Below are positions 28,358 to 36,440 of a DNA stretch of 64,000 bases, piece after piece. The notes under the pieces are model-generated. The model was not told the DNA's origin. It saw nothing but the letters and a program-made list of their open reading frames with translations, and ran no database searches. Source of the stretch: Acidobacteria bacterium 28-9 (GTDB lineage: Bacteria; Acidobacteriota; Blastocatellia; Pyrinomonadales; Pyrinomonadaceae). A program made the translations under genes and the position numbers. The stretch's first letter is position 1. Each line of letters begins with the position of its first letter. The DNA lies in NCBI GenBank assembly GCA_002050355.1, contig MWYY01000062.1, positions 73,247 through 137,246 of the forward strand, read 5' to 3'.

Positions 28358-29812
28358 ATGGCAAATACTCCTATTACGGTTGCGCACGGCGACGGCATCG
28401 GTCCCGAAATTATGGACGCGACGTTGCACATCTTAAAAGAAGCGGGCGCGCGGCTCGACATCGAAACGATTGAAATCGGCGAAAAAATTTATCTTTCGGG
28501 AAATGCTGCGGGCATTGCGCCTGAATCGTGGGAAAGTTTAAGACGCACGAAAGTCTTCCTAAAAGCTCCGATTACGACTCCGCAAGGCGGTGGCTACAGC
28601 AGTTTGAACGTCGCGGTTCGTAAAACGCTCGGACTTTACGCGAACATTCGCCCGTGCGTTTCCTACGCGCCGTATATCAAGACGAAACATCCGGTGATGG
28701 ATGTCGTCATCGTCCGCGAAAATGAGGAAGACACTTACGCGGGCATCGAATATCGCCAAACCGACCAGGTTGAAGAATGCCTGAAACTCATCTCGCGTCC
28801 CGGTTCGGAAAAAATCGTCCGCTACGCTTTTGAATACGCGAAACGTTTTAACCGCAAAAAAGTTACCTGCTTTATCAAAGACAATATTATGAAGCGCACG
28901 GACGGCTTGTTTCATAGAATTTTCGACACGATTGCGACCGAATACCCGGAAATCGAAGCCGACCACTGGATTGTGGACATCGGCGCGGCGAAAATGGCAG
29001 ACACGCCCGAAAACTTCGACGTTATCGTAATGCCGAATCTTTACGGAGATGTTCTCTCGGACGTAGCCGCGCAAATCGCCGGTTCGGTCGGCTTGGCAGG
29101 TTCGTCAAACATCGGCGAAAACGTCGCAATGTTTGAGGCGATTCACGGCTCTGCGCCGCGCCGCGCCGGACAAAATCTGGCGAATCCGTCGGGTTTATTT
29201 TTGGGCGCGATTTTGATGCTCGTCCATATAAATCAGCCGGATGTTGCCGAAAAAGCTCACAACGCCTGGCTTCGCACGATTGAAGACGGCGTTCACACTT
29301 ACGACATTTTCAAAGAAGGCGTTTCCAAAGAAAAAGTCGGAACAAAAGAATTTGCCGAAGCCGTCGTCGCCAGATTGGGACAAAAACCGGAAACTCTGAA
29401 AGCCGTAACTTACAAAGCAAACGTCGCAGAAACCGACGCGAAACCGATTTTCTCATCGCCCGAACCGCAGAAAAAACAACTCGTCGGCGTTGACGTGTTT
29501 TTGGATTGGTGGAAAGGTTCATACTACGGCGTGGCAAACGAACTCGGCGCGCTCGTCGAAGCGGTCAACGGCGACGGCTTAAAGCTGCAATCAATCGCCA
29601 ATCGCGGCGTCAAAGTCTATCCGGGCGGAAACCCCGACACCTTCACCGTTGACCACTGGCGCTGCCGCTTCGTCAGCGAGGCGGGCGAAGGAAACACGGT
29701 TGACAAAAACCAACTGATTTCGCTTCTGCAACGCCTTAACGAAGCCGGATTAGACGTTGTGAAAACCGAAAATCTCTACAACTTCGACGGCGCGAAAGGT
29801 TATTCGGCGTAA
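28358..29812 (+). CDS. icd: Isocitrate dehydrogenase (isocitrate/isopropylmalate dehydrogenase family) with ~130-aa C-terminal extra domain
   Basis: The core carries SLNVA.RK, NLYGD..SD and HGSAP blocks. A long C-terminal extension resembles what I recall for the Thermus-type 490-aa ICDH. Confidence 0.85.
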   Translation: MANTPITVAHGDGIGPEIMDATLHILKEAGARLDIETIEIGEKIYLSGNAAGIAPESWESLRRTKVFLKAPITTPQGGGYSSLNVAVRKTLGLYANIRPCVSYAPYIKTKHPVMDVVIVRENEEDTYAGIEYRQTDQVEECLKLISRPGSEKIVRYAFEYAKRFNRKKVTCFIKDNIMKRTDGLFHRIFDTIATEYPEIEADHWIVDIGAAKMADTPENFDVIVMPNLYGDVLSDVAAQIAGSVGLAGSSNIGENVAMFEAIHGSAPRRAGQNLANPSGLFLGAILMLVHINQPDVAEKAHNAWLRTIEDGVHTYDIFKEGVSKEKVGTKEFAEAVVARLGQKPETLKAVTYKANVAETDAKPIFSSPEPQKKQLVGVDVFLDWWKGSYYGVANELGALVEAVNGDGLKLQSIANRGVKVYPGGNPDTFTVDHWRCRFVSEAGEGNTVDKNQLISLLQRLNEAGLDVVKTENLYNFDGAKGYSA

Positions 29813-29838
29813 GTTTTAGAGATGAATTAGGAATGATG

Positions 29839-29866
29839 AAAGACGAAGTTTCGGCTTCGTCTTTTT
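29839..29866 (+). terminator. icd terminator hairpin
   Basis: aaagacgaag / tttcgg / cttcgtcttt followed by tttg. Confidence 0.6.
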
Positions 29867-29956
29867 GTCTTTAATTTACTTCTTTATATTTCCACAGCTA
29901 TATGTTATTAATAAACTTGTTTCATACGTTGTCGTTTGTTTCACCTATTCAATTTT

Positions 29957-30880
29957 ATGGAAAAGGAAACATTTTTTAATTACTTAAAGCCGTGGTCTAA
30001 ACGCAAGCATCGTATTCTTGGTAAATACTTAAAACCGTTTGCTGCTAAAGTAGCGACAATTACTCAAAATAGAGAAATTTTTTGTATAGACGGTTTTGCA
30101 GGCGCGGCTAAATATGATGATGGAAGCGTCGGTTCTCCTTTGATGTTAGCGCAACTTTCAGATGAATGTTCAAAATGGCAGAATCCTGTAACTTTGAAGT
30201 TAATTAACATTGAACCAAATAACAAAAATTTTTCTTCGCTGGAATATATAACGCAAGATTGGATAAACAAAGGAACTGTCAAAAACTTTAATGAAAAGTT
30301 TATTGATGCAATTCCTCACATACTTTCGGAAATACGAAACGCCCCGGCATTTTTCTTTGTTGACCCGTTCGGACCAACGGCAGTTCACTTTTCACATTTG
30401 CAACCGATTTTGCAACGAACGCAACAAGCCACCGAGCTATTTATCAATTTCGATACGGACGGATTGCAACGTATAGCTGATGCAAGTCAATCAAAAAGCG
30501 ATAATCCCAAAACCGTTAAATCAATTCCTAAAAATACTCAGAATGTTTCAGATATTATCGGAAGCGACGAATGGATACAAACATATCAGAATAAAAATTT
30601 GACAACCGAACAAAGACAGAATTTTCTGCTCTCAATTTATATAAATAATTTGAGAAAATTCGGATATGCTGTTGTTGCTTACCCAATTCGAGAGGCACTG
30701 GAAAAAGCGGCAAAATACCATATGATTTACTGCACTCGTCATAATGACGGAGTGATTTTAATGAATGATTTTATGTTTGAAGAAGAAAATTCTTTGGAAG
30801 AAGAACATTCAACTATGCATTTTCCGCTTTTTGCATCATCGGCGAGCAAGAAAAACGTCGCCAAAAACTGCATATTTTGA
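29957..30880 (+). CDS. tcmP: Three-Cys-motif partner protein TcmP-like, possibly truncated by a frameshift
   Basis: WSKRKHRILGKYL, IDGFAGAAKY, GSPL and FFVDPFGP blocks match my memory of TIGR04474. It sits immediately upstream of a Gp37/Gp68 gene. ATG 29957 is preferred over TTG 29936. Confidence 0.65.
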   Translation: MEKETFFNYLKPWSKRKHRILGKYLKPFAAKVATITQNREIFCIDGFAGAAKYDDGSVGSPLMLAQLSDECSKWQNPVTLKLINIEPNNKNFSSLEYITQDWINKGTVKNFNEKFIDAIPHILSEIRNAPAFFFVDPFGPTAVHFSHLQPILQRTQQATELFINFDTDGLQRIADASQSKSDNPKTVKSIPKNTQNVSDIIGSDEWIQTYQNKNLTTEQRQNFLLSIYINNLRKFGYAVVAYPIREALEKAAKYHMIYCTRHNDGVILMNDFMFEEENSLEEEHSTMHFPLFASSASKKNVAKNCIF

Positions 30881-31077
30881 CAGAACAGTTTCTTCAAAAT
30901 AATCTGCAAACAACAAGAAAACAAATCAAACGTCATCTGATTTTCGCTTATTTCGCTCAATTTCATACTAAAGATTACAATGCTGTCGTTAAAGATTTTC
31001 TTGACGACGAAAAATTAAAAGCCGCGCACGGTAAAAAGAGAATCAACGACGACGAAATTTTATTTTATTCCAAATAA
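30877..31077 (+). CDS. 66-codon ORF, either the detached C-terminal part of tcmP or a small coupled gene
   Basis: TTG start overlaps the tcmP TGA (TTTTGA). Its frame is open from 30781. Its stop overlaps the next ATG (TAATG). Confidence 0.35.
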   Translation: MTEQFLQNNLQTTRKQIKRHLIFAYFAQFHTKDYNAVVKDFLDDEKLKAAHGKKRINDDEILFYSK

Positions 31078-31805
31078 TGGCTACAAAATCATCAATCGAA
31101 TGGACAGAATCAACTTGGAATCCAATCACGGGCTGCAACAAAATCAGTCCGGGCTGTAAGAATTGCTATGCCGAACGGCTGGCGAAACGGCTCAAAGCAA
31201 TGGGACAAGCAAATTACAAAAGAGGTTTCAAGCTCACTTTGCAACCGCAAATGCTTGAACTGCCGTTAAGCTGGAAGAAGCCGCAAACGATTTTTGTTAA
31301 TTCAATGTCTGACTTATTTCACAAAGACGTTCCTCTTGATTACATTCAACAAATTTTCGACGTGATGAAACGCGCTTATTGGCATCGTTTTCAAGCTCTA
31401 ACAAAGCGTTCGAGCCGATTGGCTGAGTTAAGTCCTTTTCTTGAGTGGTCGCCGAACATTTGGATGGGCGTTTCGGTTGAAAGCCAAAAATATGTTTATC
31501 GAATTGATAACTTGCGACGAACCGGCGCGGCAATTAAGTTTTTATCTTTAGAGCCTTTGCTCGGAGCGTTGAAAAATCTTGATTTGAGCGAAATGGATTG
31601 GGCGATTGTCGGCGGCGAAAGCGGTTACGGCGCGCGTCCGATTTTAGAAGAATGGGTGACTGAAATTCGGCATCAATGTCAAAATCAAAACGTGGCATTT
31701 TTCTTCAAACAATGGGGCGGCACAAATAAAAAGAAAACCGGACGATTGCTTGAAGGTAGAACTTGGGACGAAATGCCGGAAAAAGCTCAAGCAATCACAG
31801 CATAA
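31077..31805 (+). CDS. Gp37/Gp68 (PF07505, DUF5131) family three-Cys protein
   Basis: N-terminal [15 protein letters not shown]-x6-C-x2-CY (Cys codons within 31134-31166). Also GGESG and FFFKQWGG blocks typical of the family. Confidence 0.8.
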   Translation: MATKSSIEWTESTWNPITGCNKISPGCKNCYAERLAKRLKAMGQANYKRGFKLTLQPQMLELPLSWKKPQTIFVNSMSDLFHKDVPLDYIQQIFDVMKRAYWHRFQALTKRSSRLAELSPFLEWSPNIWMGVSVESQKYVYRIDNLRRTGAAIKFLSLEPLLGALKNLDLSEMDWAIVGGESGYGARPILEEWVTEIRHQCQNQNVAFFFKQWGGTNKKKTGRLLEGRTWDEMPEKAQAITA

Positions 31806-31856
31806 TTAAACAAAGATTTGTTTGAAATGCGGATTTGTCTATAAAGAAATAGAAAA

Positions 31857-32273
31857 ATGAATGACTTAAAACGTTTTTTAGACGCGCAGGAAAATGATTT
31901 TGAGCGTGCATTATCTGAAATTAAACGCGGCAGAAAACAAAGTCATTGGATGTGGTATATTTTCCCGCAAATCAAGGGTTTGGGTTCGAGCGAAACTTCC
32001 AGATTCTACGCCGTCAAAGATCGCGCCGAAGCCGAACTTTACCTGGCGCATCCGGTTTTGGGCGCGCGGCTCGTTGAAGTTTCCGAAGCACTGCTGGAAA
32101 TCGAGGGGAAAACGGCGAATCAGATATTCGGCAGTCCTGACGACGTGAAACTGAAATCCTCTATAACATTGTTCGGGTCGCTGGAAAACGCGCATCCGGT
32201 TTTCCGAAAAGTTTTAGATAAGTATTTTAACGGCGCAAAAGACCAGAGAACATTGGAACAGATTGACGTTTGA
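31857..32273 (+). CDS. DUF1810 family protein
   Basis: FLDAQE...Y..AL.E...G.K.SHWMWYIFPQ..GLG.S block. 138 aa. Confidence 0.75.
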   Translation: MNDLKRFLDAQENDFERALSEIKRGRKQSHWMWYIFPQIKGLGSSETSRFYAVKDRAEAELYLAHPVLGARLVEVSEALLEIEGKTANQIFGSPDDVKLKSSITLFGSLENAHPVFRKVLDKYFNGAKDQRTLEQIDV

Positions 32274-32308
32274 AAATGTAATGATGAATCTGTTCGCGGA
32301 TGAAAAAT

Positions 32309-32341
32309 AAAAGGGACGAAGCCGAAACTTCGTCCTTTTTT
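32309..32341. terminator. Bidirectional terminator hairpin between the DUF1810 gene and selO
   Basis: aaaagggacgaag / ccgaaa / cttcgtccttttt. An A-run precedes it and a T-run follows. Confidence 0.6.
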
Positions 32342-32360
32342 CCGTTTGAGAATCAACTCT

Positions 32361-33911
32361 CTACGAGCTGCACGAAAGCATTGAACAGCCGGCTTTTTCC
32401 TTTGCCCAATCGGGGCGTTTGGCAAACCATTTTTCAGATTCGGGTTGTTCGTCGTATGGTTTGAGAAGCAATTTAAATAGTTCGTCAACGACCGAATAAT
32501 CGCCTTCGTCCGCCGCGTCAATCGCTAATTGCGCCATATAATTTCGCAAAACGTATTTCGGATTGACCAGGTTCATCGCGGCGGTTCTTTTGGTTTTTTC
32601 GCTGGTTTCGGCGACGAGAATTTCGGCGTAGTTTTTTAGAAAATCAGTCCACTGCGGTTTGAATTTTTCGAGCGTTGCGGAATAGCTCGATTCTTCGAGC
32701 TTCGTCCAAAACTCATTCGGATTGTTTTCATCGAATTGGTCGAGTCGGCGGAAAAACAAAGTCATATCCATCTCAGATTGGTAAAGCAAATTTTCGAGTT
32801 CGGCGATGAAATCCGTCTCACCGGCATTTTTCAAACCTAATTTATCGGACATCATTCGGATGTGTTTCGGTAGATACGAAGTTTGGTACTTGTCCAAAAT
32901 TTCTTCGAGCGGCGCGGCGTCTTCGATGAGCGGATAAAACGCGTTGCCGAGTTGGAGCAGATTCCAGAGACCGATTGAGGCTTGGTTGCCGTAGCGGTAG
33001 CGACGCTGCCCCGCGTCGGTCGTGTTCGGCGTCCAGTTCGGGTCGTAGTTTTCGAGCCAGCCGTAAGGACCGTAATCAATCGTCAAACCCAAAATCGACA
33101 TATTATCGGTGTTCATCACGCCGTGAACGAAGCCGACGCGTTCCCAGTGAATCATCAAATCGAGCGTTCGTTCGGTGATTTCGCGGAAAAATTCGATGTA
33201 GCTTTCTTTGTTTGGCTCGCCCAAATGCGGGTAAAAATTACCAATCGTGTAATCGGCGAGCTTCTTCAAATTTTCCAAATCCTGCCGCACGGTCAAGATT
33301 TGAAAATTCCCGAAACGAACGAAGCTCGGCGCGACGCGGCAGACGATTGCGCCTTTTTCGTATTCGGCGTTGCCGTTATAAAACATATCGCGCAAGACTG
33401 CATCGCCCGTCAAAACCAGCGACAGCGCGCGCGTCGTCGGAACTCCGAGATGAAACATCGCTTCGCTGCAAAGATATTCCCGAATCGAAGAACGCAGCAC
33501 GGCAAGCCCGTCCGCGCCGCGCGAATACGGCGTTTTCCCCGCGCCTTTTAACTGCAAAGCCCATTGTTGATTATTATGATTGACCTCAAACAAGTTAATC
33601 GCTCTGCCGTCGCCCAACTGTCCCGCCCAATGTCCGAACTGATGCCCGCCGTAACACATCGCAAACGGCTCGGTTGCGGGATAAATTTCCGCGCCCGAAA
33701 AAACTTTCAGGAATTCTTCGCTGTTCGCGTCCGTTTCAGTTAACCCGACCGCTTTGAGCATCTGCGGCGAATAATGCACGAGCGAAGGTTTGCCCGGAAT
33801 TTTTGGCGTAACACGAGAAAAACAGGCATTCGGCACTTGGCGAACATAGTTTTCCGTAACCGAATCCGCGGGCAGCGCTTTATTAAAGGTGTCGTTCAGG
33901 TTTAATTTCAT
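32361..33911 (-). CDS. selO: Protein adenylyltransferase SelO (YdiU/UPF0061)
   Basis: 516 aa with YGGHQFG, GDGRA, RSSIRE and HGVMNTDN blocks. The C-terminus ...LSCSS has Cys at the antepenultimate position, where eukaryotic SelO carries Sec. Confidence 0.9.
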   Translation of the reverse strand: MKLNLNDTFNKALPADSVTENYVRQVPNACFSRVTPKIPGKPSLVHYSPQMLKAVGLTETDANSEEFLKVFSGAEIYPATEPFAMCYGGHQFGHWAGQLGDGRAINLFEVNHNNQQWALQLKGAGKTPYSRGADGLAVLRSSIREYLCSEAMFHLGVPTTRALSLVLTGDAVLRDMFYNGNAEYEKGAIVCRVAPSFVRFGNFQILTVRQDLENLKKLADYTIGNFYPHLGEPNKESYIEFFREITERTLDLMIHWERVGFVHGVMNTDNMSILGLTIDYGPYGWLENYDPNWTPNTTDAGQRRYRYGNQASIGLWNLLQLGNAFYPLIEDAAPLEEILDKYQTSYLPKHIRMMSDKLGLKNAGETDFIAELENLLYQSEMDMTLFFRRLDQFDENNPNEFWTKLEESSYSATLEKFKPQWTDFLKNYAEILVAETSEKTKRTAAMNLVNPKYVLRNYMAQLAIDAADEGDYSVVDELFKLLLKPYDEQPESEKWFAKRPDWAKEKAGCSMLSCSS

Positions 33912-34136
33912 TAATTTTATTTTCGCAATTGAAACGATGTTTAGACAAATTGTAATTGATAAATATTGATTAGCCGCTTAGATTTTTCAGTCTTCATTTT
34001 TTACCTTAATCGCTGATATTTCATTTTCGGCTTTGTCCTTTTTGTTTTTTGATTCCATAACTCAAATATTTTATATTTAGAATCTAACCGCAGGCAAAAA
34101 ACCACGAAAACTTTAAGCTGCACAGCAAAACCAAAG

Positions 34137-34583
34137 ATGGAAATAGAATATAAAAAATTAGAAATCGAAGATTTAAGCTGTTTAACGGAACTAATAAAAT
34201 TGTATGAAGAAGTTTTTGAAATGGAAGATTTTACATTGCCGGCAGCTCAATATCTGCAAAGTTTATTAGAGAAAGAAACTGTCATTTTTTACGCGGCGAT
34301 TATTAATAATAAAGTTGTCGGCGGCTTAACCGCGCACATTTTGCCGTCAACTTATTTTCCGTCAAGCGAAGTTTATATTTACGATCTTGCCGTCGAGACT
34401 GAATTTCAACGAAAAGGAATCGGCAGGCAACTGATAAATTCCTTGAAAGAATACTGTGCGAGTTTGCGATTGAAAGAAGTTTTCGTTCAAGCGGATTTGG
34501 AAGACCAACACGCGCTGGATTTTTATCAGGCGACAGGCGGAATCGCGGAAAGTGTCGTCCATTTTTCATACAAATTGAAATGA
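34137..34583 (+). CDS. GNAT acetyltransferase closely resembling AAC(3)-I aminoglycoside 3-N-acetyltransferases
   Basis: SEVYIYDLAVETEFQRKGIGRQLINSLKEY...VFVQAD..D..A..FY...G....V.HF aligns well with my memory of AAC(3)-Ia ([30 protein letters not shown]...[20 protein letters not shown]). Confidence 0.65.
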   Translation: MEIEYKKLEIEDLSCLTELIKLYEEVFEMEDFTLPAAQYLQSLLEKETVIFYAAIINNKVVGGLTAHILPSTYFPSSEVYIYDLAVETEFQRKGIGRQLINSLKEYCASLRLKEVFVQADLEDQHALDFYQATGGIAESVVHFSYKLK

Positions 34584-34642
34584 AAAACGGAGCTGCTATC
34601 TTTTCCGACCAGTAACCGTCGGAATTTTGTGATTGCTCTCTG

Positions 34643-34697
34643 GAAAATAGAAAAGATGCGCGCTGAATTTGCTTTCGTCGCGCATCTTTTCTATTTT
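34643..34697 (+). terminator. 19-bp perfect-stem hairpin 7 nt upstream of the purE start
   Basis: aaaatagaaaagatgcgcg (34644-34662) pairs with cgcgcatcttttctatttt (34679-34697). Confidence 0.55.
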
Positions 34698-34704
34698 GTA
34701 AGCA

Positions 34705-35199
34705 ATGAAAAATGACGAAAACCCGATTGTCTCAGTGATAATGGGAAGCAAATCCGATTGGGAAACGATGCGAAACGCTTCGGAAACACTGGGGAAATTT
34801 GATGTTCCGCACGAATGCAAAATCGTTTCGGCGCACCGCACGCCGGATTTGCTAGTTGAGTTTGCAAAATCTGCGGAATCTCGTGGTATTGAAGTTATTA
34901 TCGCGGGTGCGGGCGGCGCGGCGCATCTTCCCGGAATGTGCGCGTCGCAAACGGTTTTGCCCGTTCTCGGTGTTCCAGTGCAAAGTAATGCCTTGAGCGG
35001 AATGGATTCACTGCTTTCAATCGTCCAAATGCCAGCCGGAATTCCAGTCGGAACATTCGCAATTGGCAGCGCGGGCGCAACCAATGCCGCGCTTTTAGCC
35101 GTTGCGATTTTATCGAACACACAAAAAGATTTACGCGAGAAATTGAGAAAATTTAGAGAAGAGCAAACAAATGCGGTTTTAAACGCAGCTTTAGAGTAA
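34705..35199 (+). CDS. purE: 5-(carboxyamino)imidazole ribonucleotide mutase
   Basis: [17 protein letters not shown] and [10 protein letters not shown] motifs. Confidence 0.9.
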   Translation: MKNDENPIVSVIMGSKSDWETMRNASETLGKFDVPHECKIVSAHRTPDLLVEFAKSAESRGIEVIIAGAGGAAHLPGMCASQTVLPVLGVPVQSNALSGMDSLLSIVQMPAGIPVGTFAIGSAGATNAALLAVAILSNTQKDLREKLRKFREEQTNAVLNAALE

Positions 35200-35203
35200 A
35201 AAT

Positions 35204-36349
35204 TTGAGCGAATCCAAAATCGAAATGGTTCTTCCAAATTCTACAATCGGCGTTCTCGGCAGCGGTCAATTAGGGCGAATGTTTGCGATTTCCGCGCGTC
35301 GAATGGGTTATCGCGTGCATACTTTTTCGCCTGAATCGGACACGCCGACCGGTCAAGTCGCGGATTTTGAAATATGTGCCGAGTATCAAGATTTGGATGC
35401 GGTTAAGAAATTTGCGAAAAATGTTGACGTTATCACGTTTGAATTTGAAAACGTGCCGTTTGAAACCGTCGAAGTCGCTGAAAAATTTGCGCCCGTCAGA
35501 CCAAACGGCGAAATTCTGCATATAACGCAAAACAGATTGAGAGAAAAAACTTTTCTTGCGCAAAACGGTTTTCCGGTTACGCCTTTTCGCCACGTGAAAA
35601 CCTTAAATGAATTGCAAAAATCAATCGAAGAAATCGGCGCGCCGGCAGTTTTGAAAACTGCCGGTTTCGGTTACGACGGTAAAGGTCAAACAAAAATAAA
35701 ATCAGTGGGCGACATCGAAACGGCTTTTGCAAATTTGAACGGAAACGAAGCCGTTTTAGAAGCGTTTGTCGAGTTTGAAAAAGAAGTTTCCGTCGTAGCG
35801 GCGCGTGATTTACGCGGGCATTTCGCCCATTACGGCGTGATTGAAAACGTGCACGCGAATCATATTTTAGACGTTTCTTTCGCGCCCGCTTTTGTTTCCA
35901 AAAAAACGGAAAAAGAAGCTGTCGAAATTGCGCGAGAAATTTTGGAAAAGCTCGATGTCATTGGCGTTTTATGCGTCGAATTTTTTCTGACGAAAGATGA
36001 AAAGTTGCTGGTCAACGAACTCGCGCCGCGTCCGCATAACTCCGGTCATTTAACAGTTGACGCCTGCGTTACTTCGCAGTTTGAACAGCAGCTTCGCACC
36101 GTATGCGGTTTGCCTTTGGGCGCGACTGATTTGTACAAACCGGCGGCAATGGCAAATCTGCTCGGCGATTTATGGGAAACGGGCGAACCGAACTGGCAAA
36201 AGGCTTTGCAGTTTCCCGAAGTAAAACTTCATCTTTACGGCAAAGCCGAAGCTAGAAGCGGGCGCAAAATGGGGCATCTAACGGCTTTATCGGAAACGGT
36301 GGAAGAAGCAATCAAAGTTGTGAAAAAAGCCCGTGTTGCTCTGAAATAA
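35204..36349 (+). CDS. purK: 5-(carboxyamino)imidazole ribonucleotide synthase
   Basis: ATP-grasp protein with GVLGSGQLGRM, YDGKGQ, NE.APRPHNSGH and KMGH blocks. It starts 4 nt after purE. Confidence 0.9.
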   Translation: MSESKIEMVLPNSTIGVLGSGQLGRMFAISARRMGYRVHTFSPESDTPTGQVADFEICAEYQDLDAVKKFAKNVDVITFEFENVPFETVEVAEKFAPVRPNGEILHITQNRLREKTFLAQNGFPVTPFRHVKTLNELQKSIEEIGAPAVLKTAGFGYDGKGQTKIKSVGDIETAFANLNGNEAVLEAFVEFEKEVSVVAARDLRGHFAHYGVIENVHANHILDVSFAPAFVSKKTEKEAVEIAREILEKLDVIGVLCVEFFLTKDEKLLVNELAPRPHNSGHLTVDACVTSQFEQQLRTVCGLPLGATDLYKPAAMANLLGDLWETGEPNWQKALQFPEVKLHLYGKAEARSGRKMGHLTALSETVEEAIKVVKKARVALK

Positions 36350-36440
36350 AAATCTTTGATTTTTACTGATTTTGTTTTATTATTTTATTATTTTCTTACA
36401 TATCTGCATCTAAATCACAAAAATTTCACAGAGGTTACCT

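Noticed and set aside
32120-32521. 133-aa minus-strand ORF spanning the DUF1810 3' end, the terminator and the selO 3' end
   Set aside because: It crosses a bidirectional terminator hairpin and overlaps two well-supported genes in the wrong frames.
34596-35237. 213-aa ORF on the minus strand
   Set aside because: It is entirely antisense to purE, whose motifs ([21 protein letters not shown]) are unambiguous. Its translation is Ala/Pro/Ser-rich with no recognisable family, so it is a shadow ORF.
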